Shown piece after piece: positions 20,268-30,199 of a stretch of DNA of 64,000 bases. The notes under the pieces were generated by a model that saw only the letters and a list, made by a program, of their open reading frames with translations, made no database searches and was not told where the DNA came from. Source of the stretch: a bacterium (GTDB taxonomy: Bacteria > UBA8248 > JACPRG01 > G963555815); the NCBI GenBank assembly GCA_965261595.1, contig CBDHDG010000005.1, forward strand, positions 768,001-832,000, in the 5' to 3' direction. How positions within the stretch are numbered: position 1 is the stretch's first letter; each line of letters begins with the position of its first letter. A program made the translations under genes and the position numbers.

Positions 20268-22223
20268 ATGAGCAGGATTTCGAGGACCGGATTGACTCTC
20301 CGTGCGGCGTTGATGCTTTTCGCTTTCCTCAGTGGAAGCGCGGGGGCTCAGCGCATCGGCCGAGACGCCCGTGACAACGGCGCGGCGCTGGATCACCGGG
20401 CTGCGTTGGAACGCATCGTCAAGAAGCTCACGGCGCAGTTCCCGCGCGTCAAAGGTCTGGTCGCTTCGGCCCGGGGGAACGAGCTTTACCTGACCCTTGA
20501 GGGAGGCGGCAAAATCCGGCCGGGCACGCGCTTGAGCGTCTTTCGGAAAATGGGGTCCTTCAAACACCCGGTGACCGGTGAAGTGCTCGGCCATTTCGAA
20601 GAAGACCTCGGCAGCGCGGTTGTCACGGATTTGCGCGACAAATTCCTCGTGGCGCGGTTTGAGCCGAAGGGCAAGCTGGTCCCCCGCCCGGGGGACGGGG
20701 TGCGAATCACGGCGGCCCAGATTCGCGTCGCGCTACTCCCGATCGTGAACAAGACGCGCGAGAAATTCAACCAGGACGAGACCCTGCTGGATTTTCAGAC
20801 CTTATTGGAGCGAACCGGCCGGTTCCGGGTGTTCGACGTGGATAAGCTCCGGGTCTGGTTGTTGGAGAATCGGGTCCCGTTGGATTCTATTTTGAAGCAG
20901 CGGTTGCGGGACAGGCTGAGTCAGTTTGTCCGGACGGACCTGGTGTTGATGAGCGAATTGCGCAAGCTCGGCGGACGGTATGTTCTGGAGACGCGGTTGG
21001 CCAACCTGGCGGACGGGACGTCCGGCGAAGCCATTGCCGCCATGATCAACAGGCTGCCGACCGCGATCGCCACCGGCCGCTCAAGGCTGAGGGGAAGGCG
21101 GGGTGGACTCCTTCTCGATGAAGGGGCGATCCGGGAGCGGGATCAGGCCTCGCGACTGAACCCGAATTTTCGGGTTCGCCGGGGAGCGCCCCGACGGGGT
21201 ATCCAGCGAAGCCAAAAGCTGGATTGGGTCGCGAGCGGCCTCGCCGCCGGAGATTTTGACGGAGACAAACAGCAGGAAGTCGTCCTGATCCACGACAGCG
21301 AACTCAACGTTTATCGTTGGGAAAAGGGTGTTCTGGCGGAGGAGTTCTCCTATCGGGCCTCAGCGGGCGACCGGTTTCTCACGGTCGACTCGATCGATCT
21401 GAACGGAGACGGGCGGCCCGAGATTTACGTCACGAATTATCGGCATCCCTTTCTCAACAGCTTTGTGGTGGGGTTCGAGAAGGGAAAGTACAAGATTCTC
21501 AAAAGCGGTCTGGATTCTTTCTTCCGCGTCATTCAGGGCATGGACGGCAAGCCGATCCTTGCGGGACAGGCCCTTGGCCTGGAAACCCCTTATTATGGAA
21601 ACGTATACGAGTACGAATGGAAGAACGGCGGCCCGGTTAAAAAGAAACCGCTGCCCCTGCCCAGAGGTCTCACCATCTACGGATTCAATTACTGGGACGT
21701 TGATGAAGACGGAATTTCGGAAATCGTCGAAGTCAAGAGGTTCGGCCGGATCGCCGTTTACAAGACGGATGGAAGCGTCATCCATGAGACGCGACGGACC
21801 TATGGCGGATACTCCACCCGATTTCGCTACGATCAGGCTCTGACGCGTCCCGAGATTCCGGACCTCATCCACGGGGCGGACGCGGACCCGAAATTCGGGA
21901 CCATCCGCGGACGGCTTCTGTTGAGAGACGTCACGGGAGACAGGAAGCCCGATCTGGTGGTTCCGGTCAATTTGCAGCGGGTCGCGTACATCGAGAACCT
22001 CGGCATGGGCGATGCCGAAATCGCGGCCTTGGCATGGGACGGGAGCGTGTTGACGGAGCAGTGGCGATCCAGGAAAATCGGGGGAGTCGTGGCCGATTAC
22101 CAGTTCGTGGACCTGGATGGCGACGGCGAAGAAGAGCTGGTGGCCGCAATCGTGGAAAGCAAGCTCCTGTCACTCAAGGCCGGCACGACGCGCTTGGTTG
22201 TCTACCGCTTGAAAAAAGGGTAG
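20268..22223 (+). CDS. Secreted FG-GAP/VCBS-repeat protein
   Basis: Signal peptide; repeats GDFDGDKQQE, DLNGDGRPE, DVDEDGISE, DVTGDRKPD, DLDGDGEEE. Confidence 0.85.
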   Translation: MSRISRTGLTLRAALMLFAFLSGSAGAQRIGRDARDNGAALDHRAALERIVKKLTAQFPRVKGLVASARGNELYLTLEGGGKIRPGTRLSVFRKMGSFKHPVTGEVLGHFEEDLGSAVVTDLRDKFLVARFEPKGKLVPRPGDGVRITAAQIRVALLPIVNKTREKFNQDETLLDFQTLLERTGRFRVFDVDKLRVWLLENRVPLDSILKQRLRDRLSQFVRTDLVLMSELRKLGGRYVLETRLANLADGTSGEAIAAMINRLPTAIATGRSRLRGRRGGLLLDEGAIRERDQASRLNPNFRVRRGAPRRGIQRSQKLDWVASGLAAGDFDGDKQQEVVLIHDSELNVYRWEKGVLAEEFSYRASAGDRFLTVDSIDLNGDGRPEIYVTNYRHPFLNSFVVGFEKGKYKILKSGLDSFFRVIQGMDGKPILAGQALGLETPYYGNVYEYEWKNGGPVKKKPLPLPRGLTIYGFNYWDVDEDGISEIVEVKRFGRIAVYKTDGSVIHETRRTYGGYSTRFRYDQALTRPEIPDLIHGADADPKFGTIRGRLLLRDVTGDRKPDLVVPVNLQRVAYIENLGMGDAEIAALAWDGSVLTEQWRSRKIGGVVADYQFVDLDGDGEEELVAAIVESKLLSLKAGTTRLVVYRLKKG

Positions 22224-22284
22224 AGTCCCCGAAAGACGCTGGCGCCTTCATCGACTGACGGGGAGAACCGCGAACCCCCAATGG

Positions 22285-22376
22285 GTCATTCCCGCGTAAG
22301 GCAGGAATCCAGAAAAAGGACCGACCCAAGCCGCGAAGCCCTACCAGCCTGTCATTCCTGCGCAGGCAGGAATCCA
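22285..22376 (+). repeat. Two palindromic GTCATTCC...GGAATCCA repeats (REP/dRS3-like)
   Basis: GTCATTCCCGCGTAAGGCAGGAATCCA (22285) and GTCATTCCTGCGCAGGCAGGAATCCA (22351). Confidence 0.85.
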
Positions 22377-22454
22377 AGGCTTCTATCGGGAATCCATAAA
22401 CAAATGTCGGCCGATTTCACCTGTTGGAAGAGCAAAAAAATCTCAAAAAATGGC

Positions 22455-22484
22455 TTGACAACATCATTCATGGATTGTTAGAAT
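22455..22484 (+). promoter_or_regulatory. Probable sigma70 promoter upstream of porin
   Basis: TTGACA-18 nt-TAGAAT with extended -10 TG. Confidence 0.6.
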
Positions 22485-22781
22485 TCGCTAATAATTGGAT
22501 TGGGGAGAGAGAGAATTCTTTGCGCCATGGCGCAAGTGCAAGACGGGAAGGTGTCGTACAATTGCAATATCGGGGTCGTTGCCGACGGGTCGCAATACCG
22601 GTCAGGCAGCATCTTTTGGAGCGGGGAAGTTTAAATGGCCCGAATGGAGAAAGGAGGGCACGGGGGGCACGGGGGGCACGGCACGGTATTTGTGGGTTCT
22701 TCATGAGGCGGTCGCCGTTGGTTGGCAGGTGAAACGGCGGCTAATCTTCTATAGGTCTCTTTTGGTGGTGGGAGGATTGAG

Positions 22782-24239
22782 ATGAGTAAGAAACTCTTAG
22801 GCCTCGCCGTGGCTCTTGTCATGCTCTTCGGTGTCGTGGCAATAGCAAAGGCGCAGATGGACCCGATCAAATTCAAGTTCGGCGGCTGGTTCCGCTACCG
22901 GGGAATCGCGACCAACAACCGGGACCGGCTTGATACGAAAGGCGGTGAAAACGACGATAACAACAGCTACTACGACGTGGTGTTCCGGCCCTCCTTCACC
23001 GCGACGATGGGAGACACGGCCCGGGTCTTCTTCCAGCTGGACATCCCGTCCTTTAACGGAATCGGCGGCGATGACTTTCACAACTTCGGTACGGGCGTTG
23101 TAGCCACAGACGGCGCGCGCGATATGCACATTTCAGGTCGCCCGGGAGCTGCCCGGACCGCCGTGAATGTGGTGGTCTACAACCTGCAGGTCAAGGTGCC
23201 CGGCGTGCCCGGCCCCTGGTTCGTGAAGATAGGCCGCGACAACGGATTCATGCCCCGGGGTATCATAGCGGACGTTCCGACCCTCCGCTCTTTCGCCGTT
23301 CAGGTCTGGGGCACGGTCGGCATGTTCAAGCCCCGCTTCGAGATCTGGAAGCGGGACGAGACAACCCAAACGGGTACGTTTACCGCAAATAGTCCTAACT
23401 ACGGTCTGGCCTTGAACGACGACGACGACCTCTACGTCTTCAAGATGCCCTTCACGCCGATGAAGGGCGTCCGGGTGATGCCTTACATCGCGTACTGGAA
23501 ATCCAGCAACAGAGAATACGCCTTTGACTTCCAAGGGTTAGGTGAAGCCGACATAAACATGTACTACCCCGCGGTCTCGATCTCGGCGCGGCAGGGGAAC
23601 ATCTTCGGGAAGCTCGACTTCGTGTACCAGACGGGTGAGGTGGACCACGATGCGGGTGGTCCAGCTGACTATGACGCGAAGGCGTATGTGTTTTGGGGCC
23701 AGGTCGGCGGTTCTTGGGGTCCGCTCACGGTGTCCGCGAACTACGTGTTCGCTTCGGGCGACAACGACGATACCGCCGACGAGGTGAACCGGTTCACCGG
23801 AGTGGGTTGCGCCGGGACGACCAGCGGCATTTTTTGCGACGCGTACGCCAAGGGTCCGACGGACCTGTGGTTCGGCGGCAAATACACCGACGTCAACATC
23901 GTGGGCTCCCGGAATATCGGCGGGGACGGTGGAGCTGGCGGCAACGGGACCAGCACGTTTACGATTGACGCGGCGTACGCCCTGACCAAGGTCCTGAAGT
24001 TCCAGGGCACGTTGGGCTTCATCTCCTCGGCGGAAGCCGATTCGCGCGAAGATCGCGTCTCCGACAAGTACATCGGGACGGAGATCGACCTGGCGGCGAC
24101 TTGGTCGATCGCCAAGGGCGTATCGCTGAAGGGTGGTTTGTCCTACCTGGCCGCGGGCGAGTATGGGGAGCTGGCGGACGACTCCCAGAAAAACGACGAT
24201 TCCTGGCAGGCGGTGTGGAAGCTTCAGTGGTTCTTCTAA
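22782..24239 (+). CDS. Outer-membrane beta-barrel porin-like protein
   Basis: Signal peptide ending AKA, alternating aromatic beta-strands, IGTEIDL motif, C-terminal Phe; strong SD GGAGG. Confidence 0.85.
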   Translation: MSKKLLGLAVALVMLFGVVAIAKAQMDPIKFKFGGWFRYRGIATNNRDRLDTKGGENDDNNSYYDVVFRPSFTATMGDTARVFFQLDIPSFNGIGGDDFHNFGTGVVATDGARDMHISGRPGAARTAVNVVVYNLQVKVPGVPGPWFVKIGRDNGFMPRGIIADVPTLRSFAVQVWGTVGMFKPRFEIWKRDETTQTGTFTANSPNYGLALNDDDDLYVFKMPFTPMKGVRVMPYIAYWKSSNREYAFDFQGLGEADINMYYPAVSISARQGNIFGKLDFVYQTGEVDHDAGGPADYDAKAYVFWGQVGGSWGPLTVSANYVFASGDNDDTADEVNRFTGVGCAGTTSGIFCDAYAKGPTDLWFGGKYTDVNIVGSRNIGGDGGAGGNGTSTFTIDAAYALTKVLKFQGTLGFISSAEADSREDRVSDKYIGTEIDLAATWSIAKGVSLKGGLSYLAAGEYGELADDSQKNDDSWQAVWKLQWFF

Positions 24240-24278
24240 GACGCCGCTGAGCAGTTGCAGTTGAAGTTGCAAGAGAAA

Positions 24279-24320
24279 AGAAGCCGGAGCGGCCGAAAGG
24301 CCGCTCCGGCTTCTCTCTTG
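24279..24320 (+). terminator. Intrinsic terminator after porin
   Basis: 16-bp stem AGAAGCCGGAGCGGCC-GAAA-GGCCGCTCCGGCTTCT followed by pyrimidines. Confidence 0.8.
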
Positions 24321-24346
24321 TCTGGCTCCGCGCCATCGCAGCCATC

Positions 24347-24650
24347 TGGATTCCCGCTTTCGCGGGAACGACGGGTTGTTGGAGGTCTGCTCCCGTCAAT
24401 GGGTCGTGCCTGGGCCTTTTTCCGGGAGAGCCGCTGGCTCGCCATTCTCGTGGATTCCTGCCTGCGCAGGAATGACAAGAATGACAAGCTGGGTGTTCAC
24501 GGCCTTTGTTCGTCATTCCCGCCGGGAGGCTTCCGCGCGCCGGACCGGGGCTTGTCCCAAAGTCTGTCATTCCCGCCCCCGATTAAAGCCTTCGAGGGCA
24601 GGCTATAGCAGGAATCCAGAACATTGGGGGCAGGCTATAGCGGGAATCCA
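24347..24650. repeat. Cluster of GTCATTCC...GGAATCCA palindromic repeats, both orientations
   Basis: Units or half-units at 24347, 24451, 24512, 24566, ~24627. Confidence 0.85.
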
Positions 24651-24790
24651 TGCGGCATAACGATTGACAGGAGCAAGCCGCGAAATTAGAGTGTGTAGGG
24701 AAGGCGCAACGAAAGAGGGCGTCAAGGCGCGCGGCAGCGCGCCGTATTTCCATTCAAGCGATGACTCCGCGTTTTCAAGGGAAGCGCTCA

Positions 24791-25798
24791 ATGAAGTGGT
24801 GGTGGTATTGGCTGAGACGTCTCGCGAACAAGGCCCTCTTCGAGTTGTCCTTCCTGATGGGCAAAACCCGGGTTTGGGGACTTCCGGACGACTTGATGAT
24901 CGAGCCGGCGAGTGTCTGCAATCTGGGCTGCCCCACTTGCCCGACCGGAGCCGGAACGCTGAACCGGCCGGGCGCGCTGATGGACTTTGAACTCTACAAG
25001 AAAATCATCGATGAGATCTGGCCGACCACGTCCAAGATCCGATTGTGGAATTTGGGCGAGCCTTTTATGCATAAAGATGTCTACCGAATGATTCGCTACG
25101 CCAAGGACCGGCACATTAAAGTCCTGACAAGCACCAACGGGCATTATTTTCGGGAACCCGACGCCCCGAAAAAAGTGGTGGAATCCGGTCTGGATTTCAT
25201 GATCGTATCGATGGATGGGGCGACGCAGGAGAGCCTGGAGAAGTTCCGGATCGGTGCCCGGCTTGACCGGATTGTCGAGGGGGTGAAGCGCGTCATCGAG
25301 CACCGGGATGCGGTGGGGGCCAAGAACCCGACCGTCGAATTCCAGTTCATCGCCATGAAGCACAACATCCATGAAATTGCCGAGGCCCGGGTTCTCGCGA
25401 AGACGATGAAGACGGACATCTTCAAGCTGAAAACCATTGGGATCAGCGCCAACGATCCGCATGCGGATGAGCTCATCCGAGAATACCTGCCCGAAGATGC
25501 GAGATATTCGCGCTACCCGGATGCTGAGGCGATTCGAAATGTCGCAAACCATATCGATAAGCTGGATTGCAAGCGTCCCTGGCGTCACTCCGTAATCAAT
25601 CAGGACGGAGACGTTGTGGCCTGTTGCTATGATGATCAAAACCATTATGTCTTCGGCAACCTTCGCGAGATGACCTTCCGACAGATCTGGAACGGAGAGC
25701 GGTACGTGCGCTTTCGGCGGGGCCTGCTGAAAGGAAGGAGCCATTTGAAGACCTGCGCGGTTTGCACCGAAGGGCTTCCCTCGTCCGTGACCCCGTAA
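24791..25798 (+). CDS. Radical SAM protein with SPASM/twitch domain
   Basis: CNLGCPTC; GEPF; C-terminal CKRPW...ACCYD..GNL....IWNG...CAVC. Confidence 0.9.
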   Translation: MKWWWYWLRRLANKALFELSFLMGKTRVWGLPDDLMIEPASVCNLGCPTCPTGAGTLNRPGALMDFELYKKIIDEIWPTTSKIRLWNLGEPFMHKDVYRMIRYAKDRHIKVLTSTNGHYFREPDAPKKVVESGLDFMIVSMDGATQESLEKFRIGARLDRIVEGVKRVIEHRDAVGAKNPTVEFQFIAMKHNIHEIAEARVLAKTMKTDIFKLKTIGISANDPHADELIREYLPEDARYSRYPDAEAIRNVANHIDKLDCKRPWRHSVINQDGDVVACCYDDQNHYVFGNLREMTFRQIWNGERYVRFRRGLLKGRSHLKTCAVCTEGLPSSVTP

Positions 25799-25892
25799 CG
25801 CAAGTTTCAGCATTGCGATTCCCGTCACATGTCCTCCGGCGTCGTCCGCGTGGTCGGGCCCGCGTTTCTTCGGTGCGTAGGGATTTCAAGGT

Positions 25893-27260
25893 TTGGAAAA
25901 CTTTGATTCATTTAACACCCGGAACGGTCCTGGCGCGCGCCAGGGGCTGCCCAGGGGGGTTCGTATCTATCCGCCTCCCGAAGCGGAGCGCAAGCGCGGG
26001 ATGGAGTCCCGCTTGCTGGAGGTTTACCTGCGGTGGGGGTTTCAGGAGATTGTCACGCCGACGCTCGATTATTATGAAACCGTCGCTCGCGGATTGGGAC
26101 ATCAGACCCTTGGAGACCTCTTCAAGGTCATCGACCGCGAGACGGGAGAGCTCCTGACGCTTCGGTCGGACATCACACCGCAGATCGCTCACCTGGTTGC
26201 CACCTCACTGCGGTCGCTCCCCCTGCCGTTGCGACTGTGTTATTCGGGGAGAATTTATCGTTACGTCCACACCCAGGGGCGCGTCCAGCAGGAGTTCCAC
26301 CAGAGCGGCGTCGAGTTGGTGGGGTTGGAATCCCTGGAGGCGGACGCCGAGGTTATCGCCATCGCGGTCGAGGGCCTCCGCGCGTGCGGTTTGAAAGAGT
26401 TCTCCCTCATCCTGACGCACATGGGTTTTCTCCGGGAAGTCCTGGAAGGGATCGAGGCCCCGGCGGATTGGATTTCGGCCTACCGGAGCGCATTGGGCAG
26501 GAAGGACCTCACCTCCCTGGGGCGGCTGGTGAATGGACTCGACGTCTCCTCGCGGCTTCGTTCCGCATTGCTCCAGGCACCCGAATGGGCGGGCGGGCCG
26601 GAAGTCCTGGACCGGGTCGAGCGGGCCCTGCCGGGCAGGAAGAGCAGGGAGGCGATGAAGGAGCTGCGCACCATCCTGGACATGCTGGACGTCTATGGCG
26701 TGGCGGAAAATCTGACGTTCGATCTCAGCGAAGTCCGGGGGTTCAATTACTACACGGGGACGGTGTTTGAAGTGTTCTCCCCCCTGGCCGGATACCCCAT
26801 TTGCAACGGCGGGAGATATGACGACCTCGTTGGACGCTTCGGCGCGCCCGTTCCGGCGACCGGATTCGCGATTGATGTCGGCGGTCTTTTCGAGACGATA
26901 CAACGACAGGAAAGGGAGCCGTCGGCGCCTTTGGGCCCGGACGTTTTGCTGATCGATTTTTCCCGGCGGAAAGACCGGGCCCTCGCGCTGGCCAGAGACC
27001 TGCGAAATCGAGGTTTCCGCGTCGCGCGGGACATCATCCGCCGGACGCTTCCCGCCTCGGTGAAATACGCCCGGGCGACGGGGTTTCGGTACGCGGTTGT
27101 CCTCGGACATCGAAAGGTCGCCGCGGAGGATGCGCGCTTGATGAACCTGCTCCGGGCGGAGGAGACGACTGTGAAGCGAGCCGCCGTGGCCGGGACCCTC
27201 CAGAAGTGGGAGAAGAAACATGCCGACCGTAGCGGTCATCGGCGCCCAGTGGGGGGATGA
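25893..27260 (+). CDS. hisZ: ATP phosphoribosyltransferase regulatory subunit
   Basis: HisRS-like: LRSDITPQIA, QSGVELVG, YYTG.VF, GGRYDDL, ATGFA; directly upstream of purA. Confidence 0.9.
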   Translation: MENFDSFNTRNGPGARQGLPRGVRIYPPPEAERKRGMESRLLEVYLRWGFQEIVTPTLDYYETVARGLGHQTLGDLFKVIDRETGELLTLRSDITPQIAHLVATSLRSLPLPLRLCYSGRIYRYVHTQGRVQQEFHQSGVELVGLESLEADAEVIAIAVEGLRACGLKEFSLILTHMGFLREVLEGIEAPADWISAYRSALGRKDLTSLGRLVNGLDVSSRLRSALLQAPEWAGGPEVLDRVERALPGRKSREAMKELRTILDMLDVYGVAENLTFDLSEVRGFNYYTGTVFEVFSPLAGYPICNGGRYDDLVGRFGAPVPATGFAIDVGGLFETIQRQEREPSAPLGPDVLLIDFSRRKDRALALARDLRNRGFRVARDIIRRTLPASVKYARATGFRYAVVLGHRKVAAEDARLMNLLRAEETTVKRAAVAGTLQKWEKKHADRSGHRRPVGG

Positions 27261-28509
27261 GGGCAAAGGAAAAATCGTGGACCGGCTGGCCGAGGAGGCC
27301 GACTGGGTCGTTCGCTTCCAGGGGGGGGCCAACGCCGGCCACACCATATTGGTGAATGGTGAAGAGCGGGTTCTGCACTTGATTCCCTCGGGGATTTTCC
27401 ATGAGGGAGTGCGCAGTCTCATCGGGCCCGGGGTCGTTGTGGACCCGGGGGAGCTGCTCGGCGAGGTGGAGTCTCTTCGCACGGCCGGCATCGAGGTGGA
27501 AGACCGTCTCGGTGTCAGCGGCAACGCCCACGTCATTTTCCCCTACCACCGCGCGGAAGAGACCTGGATGGAAGCGGCCCGCGGCAAGGGCCGAATTGGG
27601 ACGACGGGACGGGGAATCGGTCCCGCCTACGCGGACCGCATCTCCCGGACCGGCATCCGGATCTTCGATTTGCTGGACGCGGATCGACTTTCCGAGAAGC
27701 TCACGCTCAGCCTCCGTCTCAAGGCCCACATCCTCGAGGCCTTGCCGGATCGGGCCGATGATTTCGACAGGGAGCGGTTGGTGGAGACCGCGCTGGCGAT
27801 GGGCAAAAGGTTGGCGCCCTACTTGGGTGACGTCGAGGACGAATTGGCCCGGGGGATGGAACGGGACGCTCGAATCCTCCTGGAAGGGGCGCAAGGAACC
27901 CTCCTGGACGTCTCCCATGGGACTTACCCGTTCGTGACTTCCTCACACACCGTCGCCGGCGGGGCCTGCACGGGATTGGGGATCGCCCCCGGCCGCATTC
28001 AGTATGTCCTGGCCGTCGTCAAGGCTTACTCTACGCGTGTGGGGGAGGGGCCTTTTCCCACAGAGTTGACCGGAGAGATCGGCGAACGCCTGCGGGAGCG
28101 GGGGCGGGAGTACGGCGCGACCACCGGGCGGCCGAGGCGGTGCGGATGGTTGGACCTGATTGCGCTCGCGTACGCCGTCCGATTGAATGGCGTCACCGGC
28201 CTCGCCGTCACCAAATTGGACGTCCTGGACGGCATGGAAGAGTTGTGCGTCTGCACCGGGTACCGGATTGGAGAGACCATCCAAGAATCTTGGCCCGTCA
28301 ATCCGAATCAGCTGCGGGAGGTCGATCCCCGGTGCGAGACCCTGCCCGGCTGGAAAGCGAATACGGAAGGGGCGAAGCGTGTCGAAGACCTTCCCGGCGA
28401 AGCACGCAGTTACCTCGACCGGATATCCGAAACCTTAGGGGTCCCGGTGAATGTGGTCTCAACGGGTCCCGATCGCGGCCAGGAGGTCTGGTTCCGCCGT
28501 CCGTGGTGA
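27220..28509 (+). CDS. purA: Adenylosuccinate synthetase
   Basis: GAQWGDEGKGK, QGGANAGHT, IGTTGRGIGPAY, EGAQG, GATTGRPRRCGW, TKLDVL. Confidence 0.98.
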   Translation: MPTVAVIGAQWGDEGKGKIVDRLAEEADWVVRFQGGANAGHTILVNGEERVLHLIPSGIFHEGVRSLIGPGVVVDPGELLGEVESLRTAGIEVEDRLGVSGNAHVIFPYHRAEETWMEAARGKGRIGTTGRGIGPAYADRISRTGIRIFDLLDADRLSEKLTLSLRLKAHILEALPDRADDFDRERLVETALAMGKRLAPYLGDVEDELARGMERDARILLEGAQGTLLDVSHGTYPFVTSSHTVAGGACTGLGIAPGRIQYVLAVVKAYSTRVGEGPFPTELTGEIGERLRERGREYGATTGRPRRCGWLDLIALAYAVRLNGVTGLAVTKLDVLDGMEELCVCTGYRIGETIQESWPVNPNQLREVDPRCETLPGWKANTEGAKRVEDLPGEARSYLDRISETLGVPVNVVSTGPDRGQEVWFRRPW

Positions 28510-28541
28510 ACGCCGGGGAGGGGGGGGAGAACGAAGCGGAG

Positions 28542-29024
28542 ATGCGGACGATATCATCCGGAGGGAGGCGCGTTTTCAGGGAATCGCGGGGCAGGACGCG
28601 TGCGGTGGTGCGCTTTCTGATGGCCGCAAGCCTGACCGTCCCGCTTTACGCCCTGAATGCCCGCGCCCAGGAGGCCATGCCCGGGTTCGGCGTCCCCCAA
28701 CTGGTCCGGCTTGACTCGAAAGGCATCCTTCCTGTTGAAGTGAGTGTCCAAAAGGGCGCGTCTGTTATCTGGCTGAACGCGACCCGGGGATATGTGACCG
28801 TCGTCTTCTCCGAAGGCGAAGGGACCGTTGCTGCCACCCAGTCACCCACGCGGTTTTTCATGGCCCCGGACGGCACGTTCACGTCGAACGCCTTCGGACC
28901 CGGGGCCGTGGCGTCCCTGGCCTTCCTGACCGTCGGCAAGTACCGCTACTTTGTCTCGGGAGTCCCGGGGCACGCGGTCCGGGGTGATGGAATTTTCGGA
29001 ACAGTGATTGTCAGGAACGAATGA
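28542..29024 (+). CDS. Exported cupredoxin-fold-like hypothetical protein
   Basis: Signal peptide; V.V.KG.SVIWLN...F...G.Y.Y.......G.VIV pattern, but no Cys ligand. Confidence 0.55.
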   Translation: MRTISSGGRRVFRESRGRTRAVVRFLMAASLTVPLYALNARAQEAMPGFGVPQLVRLDSKGILPVEVSVQKGASVIWLNATRGYVTVVFSEGEGTVAATQSPTRFFMAPDGTFTSNAFGPGAVASLAFLTVGKYRYFVSGVPGHAVRGDGIFGTVIVRNE

Positions 29025-29159
29025 GCGCCGCCGCGGGGGAAGGCCGGGCGCCATGTTCTTCCCCGCCGCGGTGAAGACCGGACGCCGCGAACAACCACGG
29101 GGATCGGGTCGGGGATCCCGCTCGGGTCGGAGACCCCCTCGGAGTCAACAAGGGTTTCG

Positions 29160-29441
29160 TCAATCCGTACGAATGTGAAATGCGGTCAAGGTCTCTCCGT
29201 TCCGTTCAGGAATCACCTCGCTTCGATCCACCTGGGCCACGAGGGGCCCCTTCTTGCACCAAGCCAGGAAACATTCCAGGTCGCTCCCTTCGGCCAGGGT
29301 CTCGACGGAGCCGTCCGGAAGGTTCCGGACCCAGCCGGTGAGACCCCGCCGGCCGGCTTCTCGGACGGCGCTCCAGCGGAACCCCACGCCTTGAACACGG
29401 CCGTAGACGCGGATGCGCGCCCTCCGCACGGGGTTGTTCAT
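29160..29441 (-). CDS. acyP: Acylphosphatase
   Basis: [21 protein letters not shown]. Confidence 0.95.
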   Translation of the reverse strand: MNNPVRRARIRVYGRVQGVGFRWSAVREAGRRGLTGWVRNLPDGSVETLAEGSDLECFLAWCKKGPLVAQVDRSEVIPERNGETLTAFHIRTD

Positions 29442-30199
29442 GAGAGCGGCGGCGCCCCGGTTCGGGACAATCCCCCTCCCCGTGACATCTCCTCCAGCAC
29501 GGACTCGGCCGCGGCCGCCGGGTCATCTGCGCCGGTGATGGGGCGGCCGACCACCAAATAGTCCGCGCCGTCGGCAAGGGCGGCTTCGGGCGTGGCGAAC
29601 CTTTTCTGGTCCGTGGGATTTTTGTTCTCCGCGCCCGCCAGCCGGATCCCAGGTGTGACGATCCGGAATTCGCTCCCACAGGCGTCACGGATGGCCCGCA
29701 CCTCCCGGGGGGAGGCGACGACGCCGTCCAACCCCGCCGCTTGGGTCAACCGAGCCAGCCGGACGACCAGGTCTTCGGCCGCCGGGGCAAACCCAATGGA
29801 CTTCAGATCCTCCGTATCCAGGCTGGTCAAAACGGTCACGGCGATCAACAACGGGGCGGGATTGAGGTCGGCCACGGACTCGCGGGCCGCCCGCAGCAAG
29901 GCGGCGCCGCCCGAGGCGTGGACATTGAACATGAAGACGCCCATTTCCCCCGCCTGTCGGGCGGCCAGGCCGACGGTTTGGGGGATGTCGTGAAACTTCA
30001 AGTCGAGGAAGACCTTCGCCCCCCGCCGGTGGACCGCCTCGATGGCGGCCGGGCCGCACCGGGTGAAGAGGGCGCTGCCGACTTTGAAGAACCGGACCTT
30101 CCCGCGAAGCCGATCCAGCAGGTCCTCGGCCGCATTGAGGTCCGGGTTATCCAAAGCGACGATGAGGCGATCGGTCGCCCGCTCGATGTCAAGACTAAT
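29438..30199 (-). CDS. pyrF: Orotidine-5'-phosphate decarboxylase
   Basis: [41 protein letters not shown]; start uncertain (see findings). Confidence 0.95.
   Translation of the reverse strand: MSLDIERATDRLIVALDNPDLNAAEDLLDRLRGKVRFFKVGSALFTRCGPAAIEAVHRRGAKVFLDLKFHDIPQTVGLAARQAGEMGVFMFNVHASGGAALLRAARESVADLNPAPLLIAVTVLTSLDTEDLKSIGFAPAAEDLVVRLARLTQAAGLDGVVASPREVRAIRDACGSEFRIVTPGIRLAGAENKNPTDQKRFATPEAALADGADYLVVGRPITGADDPAAAAESVLEEMSRGGGLSRTGAPPLS

Noticed and set aside
22656..22700. GGGGGGCAC tandem repeat and sigma54-like GGCACG-N4-TTGT
   Set aside because: The -12 GC is missing, and the repeat is short and low-complexity.
22285..24650. Possible CRISPR array from recurring ~26-nt palindromes
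   Set aside because: Mixed orientation, irregular spacing, degenerate copies and no cas genes.
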